Below, in pieces: positions 9,475 to 20,480 of a stretch of 64,000 nt of DNA. The position numbers were made by a program, and so were the translations under genes. Source of the DNA: Macrostomum lignano (lineage: Eukaryota); the NCBI GenBank assembly GCA_002269645.1, contig NIVC01000319.1, positions 124,001 to 188,000 of the forward strand, in the 5' to 3' direction. Positions within the stretch are counted from its first letter, which is position 1; each line of letters starts with the position of its first letter. The notes beneath the pieces are model-generated. The model was given only the letters and a program-made list of their open reading frames with translations. It was not told where the DNA came from and ran no database searches.

Positions 9475-12189
9475 TTGGTGGTCACAGCAGCGCGCAAGTC
9501 ACATGGACTGCTGGGTCTTGACAATCTGGATTGGAACCCCGAAGGCCAGGCAGCCAGTGCTCAAGATTCCGTAGTTCAACATCTCGATTGTCTGAAAGGT
9601 TTCCAGGCCAGGATCAAGCTGATTGAGGGTGCCAAGCCTTTCTACTGCGCAGCCAGAGCAGTGCCGCTGCACCTGCGTGACCGCGTCAATCAGGAGCTAA
9701 AGCGTCTCGTGACTGAGGGCATCATCGAGCCGGTGACGGAAGGCGGCAGCGAGTGGGCGTCCCCGATCGTCTGCGTCCTAAAACCTAATGGCAATGTCAG
9801 AATTTGCGCAGACTACAAGGCGGGGGTGAACCATCAGGTGTGCGGAGACACCTACCCCATGCCAACCGTCGAAACGATCTTCTCGGACGTTGCCGGAATG
9901 ACTGACTTTGCCACTCTCGACCTATCTGACGCCTACTTACAGATCGAGCTCGAGGAGAAAAGCAGGGAGGTCACCACGATTGCAACTCCTTTAGGGCTGT
10001 TCCGCTACACCCGATTAGTGCCTGGCCTTAAGTCAGCATCCGCCATCTTTCAAAAGGCAATGGAGACCACCCTCGAGGAGGTAAGCGGCAAGGTCATTTA
10101 TCAAGACGAAATCCTCATCGGAGGTCAATCTGCCGAGGGTCTCAAGGCCAAAGTTGATGAAGTAATCAAAACTCTACAGGCGGCCGGCATGAATATAAAT
10201 CTCGCCAAATCCAACCTGGGGGCCAAGACAGTCAAGTTCCTGGGCTACAGAATAAGCGCAGACGGAATCTCGCCGGACCCCGGCCTGGTCAGCAAAATCA
10301 TGGAGATCTCTGCGCCACGCGACCGTCGCCAGTTAGAGTCGTTCCTTGGTCTCTGCAATTTCTTCGGAAGGTTTGTCAACAACTATGCGCACGTTGTCGA
10401 GCATTTGAACCAGCTGCGCAAGAAGGGAGCGGAGTTTGTGTGGGGAGCTGCGCAAGAAGCGGCCTTCCACCAGCTGAAGAAGCTGCTGAGCTCCGGCCCG
10501 ATCATCCAGCCTTATGACCGAGCCAAAGAGACAACGCTGACGACAGACGCCAGTGAAAAGGCGGTGGCCGCCGTGCTCACGCAGGAAGGGCACCCCGTCA
10601 TCTACTTCAGCCGGCGATTGACACAGGCGGAGGCGCGCTACTCCAACATCGAGCGGGAGGCTCTGGCGATTGTTTGGGCGATGGAGAGGGCTCGGCAATT
10701 CCTTCTAGGCAAGCGTTTCACACTGCGAACGGACCACCGCCCTCTAGAGTTCCTGTTTGGAACAAGACAACAACTCCCCAAGGTCGCCAACGCTCGACTG
10801 CTTCGCTGGGCCATCCGCCTCATGGGGTTCGACTTCGCAATTGAGTACGTCCGAGGAGCCCAAATTCCGCACGCCGATGCGCTCTCCCGGCTCGACTTTG
10901 CCGACGTTCCGGACGACCAGGCTGAAGCTGCGACTCACCACCACCACCTGGTGCATTGGGCTGGTGAAAGCGTCATTGGTTGGAATGAGCTAGCAGAGGA
11001 GACAAAACGTGACAGGCTGCTAGCAGATGTCATGCGCAGGATAGCCGGAAATCGCTGGTCAGGCTGCTCCCCTGCAGAGCGGCCCTTCAAGGCAATTCGT
11101 CACGCGCTTACAATAGACGACTCGGTAGTGTGCTACGGAGACCGGCCGGTCATTCCCTCGTCTTTGAGAAGCCGCGTCCTGGAGTTGGTGCACAGCGGGG
11201 CGCACCCCGGTGCCTCGAGCACACGAGCGCTGGTCCGCAACTCCGTCTGGTGGCCAGGCTACTGCGGCGACGTGGAAGGATTCGTCCGTGCCTGCCACAC
11301 CTGCGCCAAGCAACGCCAAAGCGGCCACAGCAGCGTCCATCAATGGCCGGCCGACTCTGAACCCTGGGGACGCATCCACATGGACCACGCTCACGTCCCA
11401 AAGGTCGGGCTCCTGCTGGTCCTGGTCGACGCCATGTCCGCCTGGCCGGAGGCCATCCGAGTGCCGGACAAGAGCGCCGCGACCGTCAGGAAGGTCCTCC
11501 AGGAGGTCTTCGCCCGCAATGGAGTTCCCCGAACCCTGGTGAGTGACAATGCTGCTGAATTTCATGATGAAGGGTTGGTGAGTTGGCTGAGCAGAATTGG
11601 CTGCCGCGCTGTGAAAACTCCGCCATACCACCCCCAGTCGAACGGCCTGGCTGAGCGCATGGTGCAGACGATCAAGGTGGCCCCGGCGGGCTGGGACCAG
11701 CAGGAGTCGTACGACGCGTTCCTCGCGCGGATTCTGCTAAACTACCGATGCGTGCCGCATGCCGGAAGAGAGTTCAGTCCAGCGCAGCTGATGGGCAGGC
11801 AGCTGCGGAACTCCATCACCATGAGAACAGCAATCCGGTCCGAGGTGTGGTACGCCCCAAGGAGAGGCGCGATCCCGGAAAAGGCAGAATTCCTAGCGCA
11901 GAAGGGATCCAACACGGCGCTGATCGTGCGACAAGGCAACAGAGTCACACTCGCCCACCTTGACCAACTTCGGCGACACGAGCCTGACAACAATGAAGGC
12001 GGCGCGACTGCGACAACCGACCTGAACGGTGACCTCCGCTCCGAGGGGGCGGCGAAGCCCGCCGACCTGCCAACAGTGACGCCCTGCAGCGACGGACCTC
12101 CGGTCTCGGCCACGTCAGAGCAGGTGGAGAACCAGCCGGCGGCGAGCTCAGTCCCGAGTACCCCGAGGCCGGTGGCCACGACCGCTTAG
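9475..12189 (+). pseudogene. pol (RT-RNase H-integrase) of LTR copy 1, C-terminally frameshifted
   Basis: WASPIV, RICADYK, TTDAS, YSNIEREALA, H..HPG...C..C, IHMD, VSDN, SNGLAERMV. RT motif reads YQDE; a C4 run (C5 in copy 2) near 12161 truncates the tail. Confidence 0.9.
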
Positions 12190-12293
12190 CGGAGAGCAGA
12201 GCCGGAACTGACAAGGCGACTGCGGCTCAGAGACCGAGCTACAACCTCCGAGCGAATCGAGGCGTGCCCCCGTTGCGATTCGAAGGGGGGAGA

Positions 12294-12650
12294 TGAGGTG
12301 CCGGGCGTGTTTTGATGTACTGCACTGCACCTGACTCACCTGAGTCCAATTATGAGTAACTCTAACTAGCCAGCCAGCCTAACTAACCAAACCGGCCTAC
12401 TCCGGTGTACGCTGGTCTGCGTACTTTCTCTCTCCCCCCCTTGACATGATAATATTCAGTAGTGATCGATTCTGAGTTTTAAGCCCACTTACTTGTTTGT
12501 CTTTTAAGCCTATATATTGGTCTCGCCACCTACCACCTCGTAACTCACTGTCATTGCAATATTTCGCTTGCCTCAAATACACAACCTCGTGCTTGACTCA
12601 AACCAAGCCCACGGGCGGCCTTGTCATCGTTTACTGGGCTCGACTTGACA
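12294..12650 (+). repeat. LTR2 (shared middle LTR, hybrid of LTR3 and LTR1)
   Basis: 357 bp; preceded by the PPT and followed by the PBS/ATG. Confidence 0.96.
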
Positions 12651-13723
12651 ATGGCGTCGCAAGCAAACAACTCCGAACTAAACTTGGATGACCCAGACAC
12701 AGCCGAAGCCTGGCTGCTCAGCTTTGCGGCTGCCGCACGAACCAAGAAACTGACGGACACAGAAGAAGATCGGCAGATCACCGACCTATTCCTCGCCAGG
12801 GCAGGTCTCAAGGCACTGAGAACGCTGTCCCTCATGGCTGCCCCGGCCAGCCTGGAGAAAAAACATTTGTACAAATCCGAGACATCATCAAGGAGACAAT
12901 CCGGCCCAAGAAGCGCCTCGACATTGCCGAACGAGCGAAATTCCTCGCCCTCAGGCAGGACCCAGGCGAAAGTGTCGCCTCCTACTACCGCCGACTCCGT
13001 GCAGCAGCGGCTACGTGCAGCTTTGAGAAGCTCGGGACGAAACAGTCAAGCGAGGACGAGCTCATCACCATGCGGCTCGTGGACGGACTCGCCTCTGTGG
13101 ACCACAAGCATAGACTGTTGGAGAGAATGCAAGCTACCGACATGCTGCTAAACGAGGTGCTGCAAACACTTGAGCAACTTGAGCAAATCCGCTGCTACAA
13201 CACCAGCACCGGGGCCGCTGCCAACACCGAGGCCAGCATCGCCTATGCAGGGCGGCGCGGCACGCCCCCACAGCCAGCGCCGGACACCAGACCACCGAGG
13301 AACATCAGCAAGACGAAGTGCCAATATTGCGGCGGTTTGCACCAGCAAGGCGCATGCCCTGCGTTCGGCAAGCGGTGCACCGCCTGCAACAAGAAAAACC
13401 ACTTCGCTGCCGTATGCAGGTCCCGCACCGTGCATCTAGAGACCTGGGAGGAGAACGAAGGCGCCGAGATGGAGCGAGACACCGCCAACGTCTTCGTCAT
13501 CAGACCGGAGCGCAGAGAGCGGAACGGCATTTTCCGGCAGGTAAAAATCAACGGCAAGGAGCTGCAAATGCAGGTAGATACGGGCGCTGATGTGAGTCTC
13601 ATTCCACGGGGCCACTGGGAGACACTTGGATGCCCAGCACTGAGGAAATCCAGACGAATTCTGAGACAGTTCGACGGATCGATCATAAAAACCCTGGGAG
13701 AGTTCACTGTTTACGTGGGATGA
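12651..13723 (+). pseudogene. gag-protease of LTR copy 2 (no LINE), frameshifted
   Basis: Same A6 frameshift (near 12858-12863) and the same stop inside the protease (TGA 13721-13723) as copy 1. Confidence 0.9.
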
Positions 13724-13748
13724 CCAAGAAAAGTTCCGCACAGTCGAC

Positions 13749-16571
13749 TTGGTGGTCACAGCAGCGCGCAAGTCACATGGACTGCTGGGTCTTGACAATC
13801 TGGATTGGAACCCCGAAGGCCAGGCAGCCAGTGCTCAAGATTCCGTAGTTCAACATCTCGATTGTCTGAAAGGTTTCCAGGCCAGGATCAAGCTGATTGA
13901 GGGTGCCAAGCCTTTCTACTGCGCAGCCAGAGCAGTGCCGCTGCACCTGCGTGACCGCGTCAATCAGGAGCTAAAGCGTCTCGTGACTGAGGGCATCATC
14001 GAGCCGGTGACGGAGGGCGGCAGCGAATGGGCGTCCCCGATCGTCTGCGTCCTAAAACCTAATGGCAATGTCAGAATTTGCGCAGACTACAAGGCGGGGG
14101 TGAACCATCAGGTGTGCGGAGACACCTACCCCATGCCAACCGTCGAAACGATCTTCTCGGACGTTGCCGGAATGACTGACTTTGCCACTCTCGACCTATC
14201 TGACGCCTACTTACAGATCGAGCTCGAGGAGAAAAGCAGGGAGGTCACCACGATTGCAACTCCTTTAGGGCTGTTCCGCTACACCCGACTAGTGCCTGGG
14301 CTTAAGTCAGCATCCGCCATCTTTCAAAAGGCAATGGAGACCACCCTCGAGGAGGTAAGCGGCAAGGTCATTTATCAAGACGAAATCCTCATCGGAGGTC
14401 AATCTGCCGAGGGTCTCAAGGCCAAAGTTGATGAAGTAATCAAAACTCTACAGGCGGCCGGCATGAATATAAATCTCGCCAAATCCAACCTGGGGGCCAA
14501 GACAGTCAAGTTCCTGGGCTACAGAATAAGCGCAGACGGAATCTCGCCGGACCCCGGCCTGGTCAGCAAAATCATGGAGATCTCTGCGCCACGCGACCGT
14601 CGCCAGTTAGAGTCGTTCCTTGGTCTCTGCAATTTCTTCGGAAGGTTTGTCAACAACTATGCGCACGTTGTCGAGCATTTGAACCAGCTGCGCAAGAAGG
14701 GAGCGGAGTTTGTGTGGGGAGCTGCGCAAGAAGCGGCCTTCCACCAGCTGAAGAAGCTGCTGAGCTCCGGCCCGATCATCCAGCCTTATGACCGAGCCAA
14801 AGAGACAACGCTGACGACAGACGCCAGTGAAAAGGCGGTGGCCGCCGTGCTCACGCAGGAAGGGCACCCCGTCATCTACTTCAGCCGGCGATTGACACAG
14901 GCGGAGGCGCGCTACTCCAACATCGAGCGGGAGGCTCTGGCGATTGTTTGGGCGATGGAGAGGGCTCGGCAATTCCTTCTAGGCAAGCGTTTCACACTGC
15001 GAACGGACCACCGCCCTCTAGAGTTCCTGTTTGGAACAAGACAACAACTCCCCAAGGTCGCCAACGCTCGACTGCTTCGCTGGGCCATCCGCCTCATGGG
15101 GTTCGACTTCGCAATTGAGTACGTCCGAGGAGCCCAAATTCCGCACGCCGATGCGCTCTCCCGGCTCGACTTTGCCGACGTTCCGGACGACCAGGCTGAA
15201 GCTGCGACTCACCACCACCACCTGGTGCATTGGGCTGGTGAAAGCGTCATTGGTTGGAATGAGCTAGCAGAGGAGACAAAACGTGACAGGCTGCTAGCAG
15301 ATGTCATGCGCAGGATAGCCGGAAATCGCTGGTCAGGCTGCTCCCCTGCAGAGCGGCCCTTCAAGGCAATTCGTCACGCGCTTACAATAGACGACTCGGT
15401 AGTGTGCTACGGAGACCGGCCGGTCATTCCCTCGTCTTTGAGAAGCCGCGTCCTGGAGTTGGTGCACAGCGGGGCGCACCCCGGTGCCTCGAGCACACGA
15501 GCGCTGGTCCGCAACTCCGTCTGGTGGCCAGGCTACTGCGGCGACGTGGAAGGATTCGTCCGTGCCTGCCACACCTGCGCCAAGCAACGCCAAAGCGGCC
15601 ACAGCAGCGTCCATCAATGGCCGGCCGACTCTGAACCCTGGGGACGCATCCACATGGACCACGCTCACGTCCCAAAGGTCGGGCTCCTGCTGGTCCTGGT
15701 CGACGCCATGTCCGCCTGGCCGGAGGCCATCCGAGTGCCGGACAAGAGCGCCGCGACCGTCAGGAAGGTCCTCCAGGAGGTCTTCGCCCGCAATGGAGTT
15801 CCACGAATCCTGGTGAGTGACAATGCTGCTGAATTTCATGATGAAGGGTTGGTGAGTTGGCTGAGCAGAATTGGCTGCCGCGCTGTGAAAACTCCGCCAT
15901 ACCACCCCCAGTCGAACGGCCTGGCTGAGCGCATGGTGCAGACGATCAAGGTGGCCCCGGCGGGCTGGGACCAGCAGGAGTCGTACGACGCGTTCCTCGC
16001 GCGGATTCTGCTAAACTACCGATGCGTGCCGCATGCCGGAAGAGAGTTCAGTCCAGCGCAGCTGATGGGCAGGCAGCTGCGGAACTCCATCACCATGAGA
16101 ACAGCAATCCGGTCCGAGGTGTGGTACGCCCCAAGGAGAGGCGCGATCCCGGAAAAGGCAGAATTCCTAGCGCAGAAGGGATCCAACACGGCGCTGATCG
16201 TGCGACAAGGCAACAGAGTCACACTCGCCCACCTTGACCAACTTCGGCGACACGAGCCTGACAACAATGAAGGCGGCGCGACTGCGACAACCGACCTGAA
16301 CGGTGACCTCCGCTCCGAGGGGGCGGCGAAGCCCGCCGACCTGCCAACAGTGACGCCCTGCAGCGACGGACCTCCGGTCTCGGCCACGTCAGAGCAGGTG
16401 GAGAACCAGCCGGCGGCGAGCTCAGTCCCGAGTACCCCCGAGGCCGGTGGCCACGACCGCTTAGCGGAGAGCAGAGCCGGAACTGACAAGGCGACTGCGG
16501 CTCAGAGACCGAGCTACAACCTCCGAGCGAATCGAGGCGTGCCCCCGTTGCGATTCGAAGGGGGGAGATGA
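13749..16571 (+). CDS. pol (RT-RNase H-integrase) of LTR copy 2
   Basis: 940-aa ORF with RT, RNase H and integrase motifs; YQDE replaces YxDD; the stop TGA is the first three bases of LTR3. Confidence 0.9.
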   Translation: MVVTAARKSHGLLGLDNLDWNPEGQAASAQDSVVQHLDCLKGFQARIKLIEGAKPFYCAARAVPLHLRDRVNQELKRLVTEGIIEPVTEGGSEWASPIVCVLKPNGNVRICADYKAGVNHQVCGDTYPMPTVETIFSDVAGMTDFATLDLSDAYLQIELEEKSREVTTIATPLGLFRYTRLVPGLKSASAIFQKAMETTLEEVSGKVIYQDEILIGGQSAEGLKAKVDEVIKTLQAAGMNINLAKSNLGAKTVKFLGYRISADGISPDPGLVSKIMEISAPRDRRQLESFLGLCNFFGRFVNNYAHVVEHLNQLRKKGAEFVWGAAQEAAFHQLKKLLSSGPIIQPYDRAKETTLTTDASEKAVAAVLTQEGHPVIYFSRRLTQAEARYSNIEREALAIVWAMERARQFLLGKRFTLRTDHRPLEFLFGTRQQLPKVANARLLRWAIRLMGFDFAIEYVRGAQIPHADALSRLDFADVPDDQAEAATHHHHLVHWAGESVIGWNELAEETKRDRLLADVMRRIAGNRWSGCSPAERPFKAIRHALTIDDSVVCYGDRPVIPSSLRSRVLELVHSGAHPGASSTRALVRNSVWWPGYCGDVEGFVRACHTCAKQRQSGHSSVHQWPADSEPWGRIHMDHAHVPKVGLLLVLVDAMSAWPEAIRVPDKSAATVRKVLQEVFARNGVPRILVSDNAAEFHDEGLVSWLSRIGCRAVKTPPYHPQSNGLAERMVQTIKVAPAGWDQQESYDAFLARILLNYRCVPHAGREFSPAQLMGRQLRNSITMRTAIRSEVWYAPRRGAIPEKAEFLAQKGSNTALIVRQGNRVTLAHLDQLRRHEPDNNEGGATATTDLNGDLRSEGAAKPADLPTVTPCSDGPPVSATSEQVENQPAASSVPSTPEAGGHDRLAESRAGTDKATAAQRPSYNLRANRGVPPLRFEGGR

Positions 16572-16925
16572 GGTGCCGGGCGTGTTTTGATGTACTGCAC
16601 TGCACCTGACTCACCTGAGTCCAATTATGAGTAACTCTAACTAGCCAGCCAGCCTAACTAACCAAACCGGCCTACTCCGGTGTACGCTGGTCTGCGTACT
16701 TTCTCTCTCCCCCCCTTGACATGATAATATTCAGTAGTGATCGATTCTGAGTTTTAAGCCCACTTACTTGTTTGTCTTTTAAGCCTATATATTGGTCTCG
16801 CCACCTACCACCTCGTAACTCACTGTCATTGCAATATTTCGCTTGTCTCAAATACACAACCTCGTGCTTGACTCAAACCAAGCCCACGGGCGGCCTTGTC
16901 ATCGTTTACTGGGCGCGACTTGACA
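16569..16925 (+). repeat. LTR3 (3')
   Basis: 357 bp, followed by the TSD CGTTT. Confidence 0.96.
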
Positions 16926-17016
16926 CGTTTGAGTTCTGATTTTTTTATCAAGTTTGTTGCTGCAAAGAGGCTGGAGCATCTAGCGGCGCTCTAGTGGTTT
17001 CTAACGAGCATTTATG

Positions 17017-17235
17017 CTGACAGTCAATTGTCACTGACAGTCAATTGTCACTGGCAGTCAATTGTCACTGGCAGTCAATTGTCACTGACAGTCAATTGTC
17101 ACTGGCAGTCAATTGTCACTGACAGTCAATTGTCACTGACAGTCAATTGTCACTGACAGTCAATTGTCACTGACAGTCAATTGTCACTGACAGTCAATTG
17201 TCACTGACAGTCAATTGTCACCGACTAGTCAATTG
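17017..17235. repeat. 18-bp minisatellite (CAGTCAATTGTCACTGA/G), reverse complement of the 1054-1616 array
   Basis: About 12 tandem units. Confidence 0.93.
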
Positions 17236-17558
17236 TTGCATACATTCTATTAGCACTTAACAGACGATTTGTTACCTCCTGCCATGCACTCCGCAATCAC
17301 ATATGAGGCTAAATTTTGCTTATGTTCGGAGATAAAAAGCAGATTTTTAATCTGGTTAATGCTTTTTTAAACAAAACTGGGCCTTCAGCTAAATCTGAAA
17401 TTGTGTGACTGGTGAGCATCTCTGTATTGCGCTTGTTTTCAGATTCTTGAGCAGCACTGCAGCGCCCCATAGGCTAGCGGGTTTTTGTTCATTTTTTGTC
17501 TCGATTAATTGCTCCAAAATGAGATGCTACGTGTAAATCGTGACATGAAAGCAATGAA

Positions 17559-17707
17559 ATTTCATTTGAGACAGCGCCATTTCATTTGAGACTGTGCCAT
17601 TTCATTTGAGGCAGCGCCATTTCATTTGAGACAGCGCAATTTCATTTGAGACAGCGCTATTTCATTTGAGACAGCGCAATTTCATTTGAGACAGCGCAAT
17701 TTCATTT
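17559..17707. repeat. 20-bp minisatellite (ATTTCATTTGAGACAGCGCA)
   Basis: About 7 units. Confidence 0.9.
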
Positions 17708-17910
17708 AAATTGTCATACAGATGAAGTAAAACAAAAATATCTTCAAAGCACAATTTAGATTTTTTATTTATTTTGCATCGAGAATCTGCAGCCTCGATC
17801 CGAAGATATTTTTCCATTCGATGGTTTATTTGGTAATATTAATAACAGCAGGGGCACATTCTGACGTTTTTATCTGATAGTCCCGATTATATATATGAGT
17901 GTAAAACTTG

Positions 17911-18389
17911 TCATTCTTTTTTATCTGTGTCGGAGCTCTTCATAGCCCCAGGGTGGCGACCAAAGCAGCCGATTGGGTGGTAGAAGCAGCCGAGCCAATC
18001 ATTGTGTGGCTGTTTTGCAGCCTTCTGCGACCGGCGCTTTTCGATAGCGAAATACGGCTTGGTCAGCTGGCGACGAGTCTCGGCATAGCCGAACAAAGAG
18101 TCATTCAGATCCTTCAGATCCTCGGTTGGCCATCCGTCCAGATTATGCAGAGCTGCTTTGAGCTCTGCAGAAAACTGCAAATACGATTGGGTGGAGATTC
18201 ACAGTTTCAAACGGGATGTTCCTTTATTTAATAATGCCATAACTACTGAAAATCTATGGTGCAACTTACGAGTATGTCAGAACCATCCATTGGGTTCTGG
18301 CAGAGTGGCCAAGCATCCATCATGTTGATTGTACACAGGAGCAAGCAGGCTGACAACAGGGCTGGGATGAATGCACGCACGCCTCGCAT
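17911..18389 (-). CDS. Neuropeptide precursor, allatostatin-C/somatostatin-like; exons 18389-18270 and 18174-17911 (127 aa)
   Basis: Exon 1 encodes the hydrophobic signal-peptide-like MRGVRAFIPALLSACLLLCTINMMDA; 95-nt phase-0 GTAAG...TTGCAG intron; exon 2 has a KRR cleavage site then ...DWLGCFYHPIGCF-GR (C-x6-C-F plus amidation signal). Confidence 0.8.
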
Positions 18390-18839
18390 TTTCAATGTGT
18401 TGGTTCCTGCCTGCTCTCCGTCTTATTAGAAAGAGACTTTCCGGTGCAGTTAAAGCAGACATTTTTCCAGATTTGTTCCTTATATACCTTTTGGGGAAAT
18501 TTAGTATATTTCCCATTACCCACTCCTAAAATGCACAGCCAATCATCATTACAGATCGCTTCTTCATCCACCTGGGAGTTCCATTTAGAAGCATTTTTAG
18601 TGTAAAATGTTTTAAATACAAACTAATTTATTTAAAAATAATCCTGTAGTTCCAGCATCCTGCCGGCCGGTCGCGGACACAACTCGACTCGAAAAAACGA
18701 CACCAAAGTGCAAAGCAATCGCATGGCCTGGTATATATTTGTTATCATGATCGTTTTCTACAATACAAAGTGTGGTGTATGATAATAGGTTTTATTGGAT
18801 TGGATTGGATTTTGTTTTACTTGCGATCTACTTGTGCTT

Positions 18840-18887
<48 letters not shown>

Positions 18888-19995
18888 TTAGCTTCAAGGC
18901 CAGGTCGCGAATGAACGCCATGCCGCCATCCGAATACGGGGCGCCGGCGTCAGCCAGCAGGCAGTCGACGAAACGCCGAGTGCGCGCCTACCCCCGCCGG
19001 TGCAACGTTAGCAGCAGCACCTCCTGCACCTGGGCAGTACGACTCAGTGCGGATGATTTGGCCTGCCAGCTGGAGTCGCCGACGGCGCAACAGGTCGCTT
19101 GGACGGACCAGGCCGGCGCGGCGATACAAAGCCGCGTTGGTCACTCGCTCGTAGCCGATCTTGAAGGCGGCGCACAGCAGTCCAGCGTACGCTGCGTCAA
19201 CTTGTTGCTCCAGCGACTGCGTCAGCGTCCAGGTCTCGGCGTTGTACAGCAGGACGGTCTCGATCACCGCCTGGAATAACGCCGCCCTCTGGCGGTCAGG
19301 TAAGGCCTCGGACTGCAGGACTGCCCTCAGAACGAAAGGCAGCCCAGGCAAGCCCGCGGCGACGCCGCAGATCCTCGCGGACTCCGGGAACCAGACCGCC
19401 GAGGTAGACGAACTGCTGACAACGCGGAAGCTCTGTCGCCTGTCCATCAGCGCCTCGGCACAAAATCTCTGCCTTGATGTCGTCCGGCACGCAGAGCACG
19501 ACGGTCTTCTGCGTGTTGACCACAAGGCCAACACTCGCTGCAACAGCAACCAGCTTGTCCAGTTGTCGCTGAGCGCCCTCGACAGTTGAGGACAGCAGGG
19601 CGAGATCGTCGGCGTAACTAAGCACGCTGAGCCGCCTCTCCGGTTGACGTCGACCCACGCGTCGCCGCAACAGAAAGCTGTCGTCGTTGATAGGAAGAGC
19701 GGTCCGCAACACCCAGTTAAGCACCAGAACGAACAGGAACGGCGCAAGCGTATCTCCTTGAAGCACGCCGGAGGATGTCTCAAAGAAGTCCCGTCCGGTG
19801 TTGAAACAGCCGCTTTCGTATCACGGTACATCTTTATGATTGGCGGAAATCAGCTGCTCTGGCACATTGTACGCACGGAACACCTTTGGGAGCACAGAGC
19901 TGACGACCGAGTCGAATGCCTTCTTGAAATCTATGAAGATAACAATTAGGATCGACTGGCGTATCCCTGCTTCCTCGATGTGCTTTTGCTTACAC
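18840..19995 (-). mobile_element. 5'-truncated, degenerate RTE-type non-LTR element with a (TTG)n tail
   Basis: IDFKKAFDS, QGDTLAPFLF, SYADDLALL, FVYLGG, LLYNAETWTL and LRRRRLQLAG spread over several frames; (AAC)n at 18840-18887 marks the 3' end. Confidence 0.88.
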
Positions 19996-20189
19996 TGCTA
20001 GGGGAGAGTGTGCATGTACAGTAAAGTATAAATTGAATATACGAGCGTACATCTACGAGCTAGCTCAAGCAACATTGAAAACCACCTCTGCAGAGCGATT
20101 GACTTCTGCTCACTACACCGCAATGACGCTACATACGAGGGTACTGCTACGATTGCCCTCTCTTCTCTCTTCTCTTCTCTCTTCTCTTC

Positions 20190-20480
20190 TCTTGACACCA
20201 TCGATCGCTCTGTCATCCCCTTATTCTGGCCGCTTACGGAGTCCCTCGATCGAGCTTTTGCATGTATCTGCGCGGTTATAGACCTACACGTATATAGTAA
20301 CACCAAAGCTCTTGTTCTGCTCCGCGAGAATCGCACAAATGACTTCTCCACCAGCTCTGGCATCCTGCAAGGGGACACTCGCTCTTTCATCTTCATCGTT
20401 GCGCTCGATTACGTCCTTCACTGCGAGATCGAGAAGAAAGACGGTTTTGTCGTCGCACGCCGCAGGAGTGCAGGATTGAT
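20190..20480 (+). mobile_element. Second degenerate RTE-type RT fragment, opposite orientation
   Basis: DTIDRS..AYGVP and SSGILQGDT..FIFIVALDYVL readable across frameshifts. Confidence 0.7.

Larger units (their letters stand above)
2256..16925 (+). mobile_element. Tandem Ty3/Gypsy (Mag-like) LTR retrotransposon: LTR-internal-LTR-internal-LTR
   Basis: Three 357-bp TG...CA LTRs (2256-2612, 12294-12650, 16569-16925); 5-bp TSD CGTTT at 2251-2255 and 16926-16930; TGGCG PBS after LTR1 and LTR2; polypurine tract GAAGGGGGGAGA before LTR2 and LTR3; gag with two Zn knuckles, DTG protease, RT, RNase H and integrase. Confidence 0.97.

Noticed and set aside
9044-16614. Numerous short overlapping ORFs inside the LTR internal regions
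   Set aside because: Alternative-frame and antisense shadows of GC-rich gag-pol.
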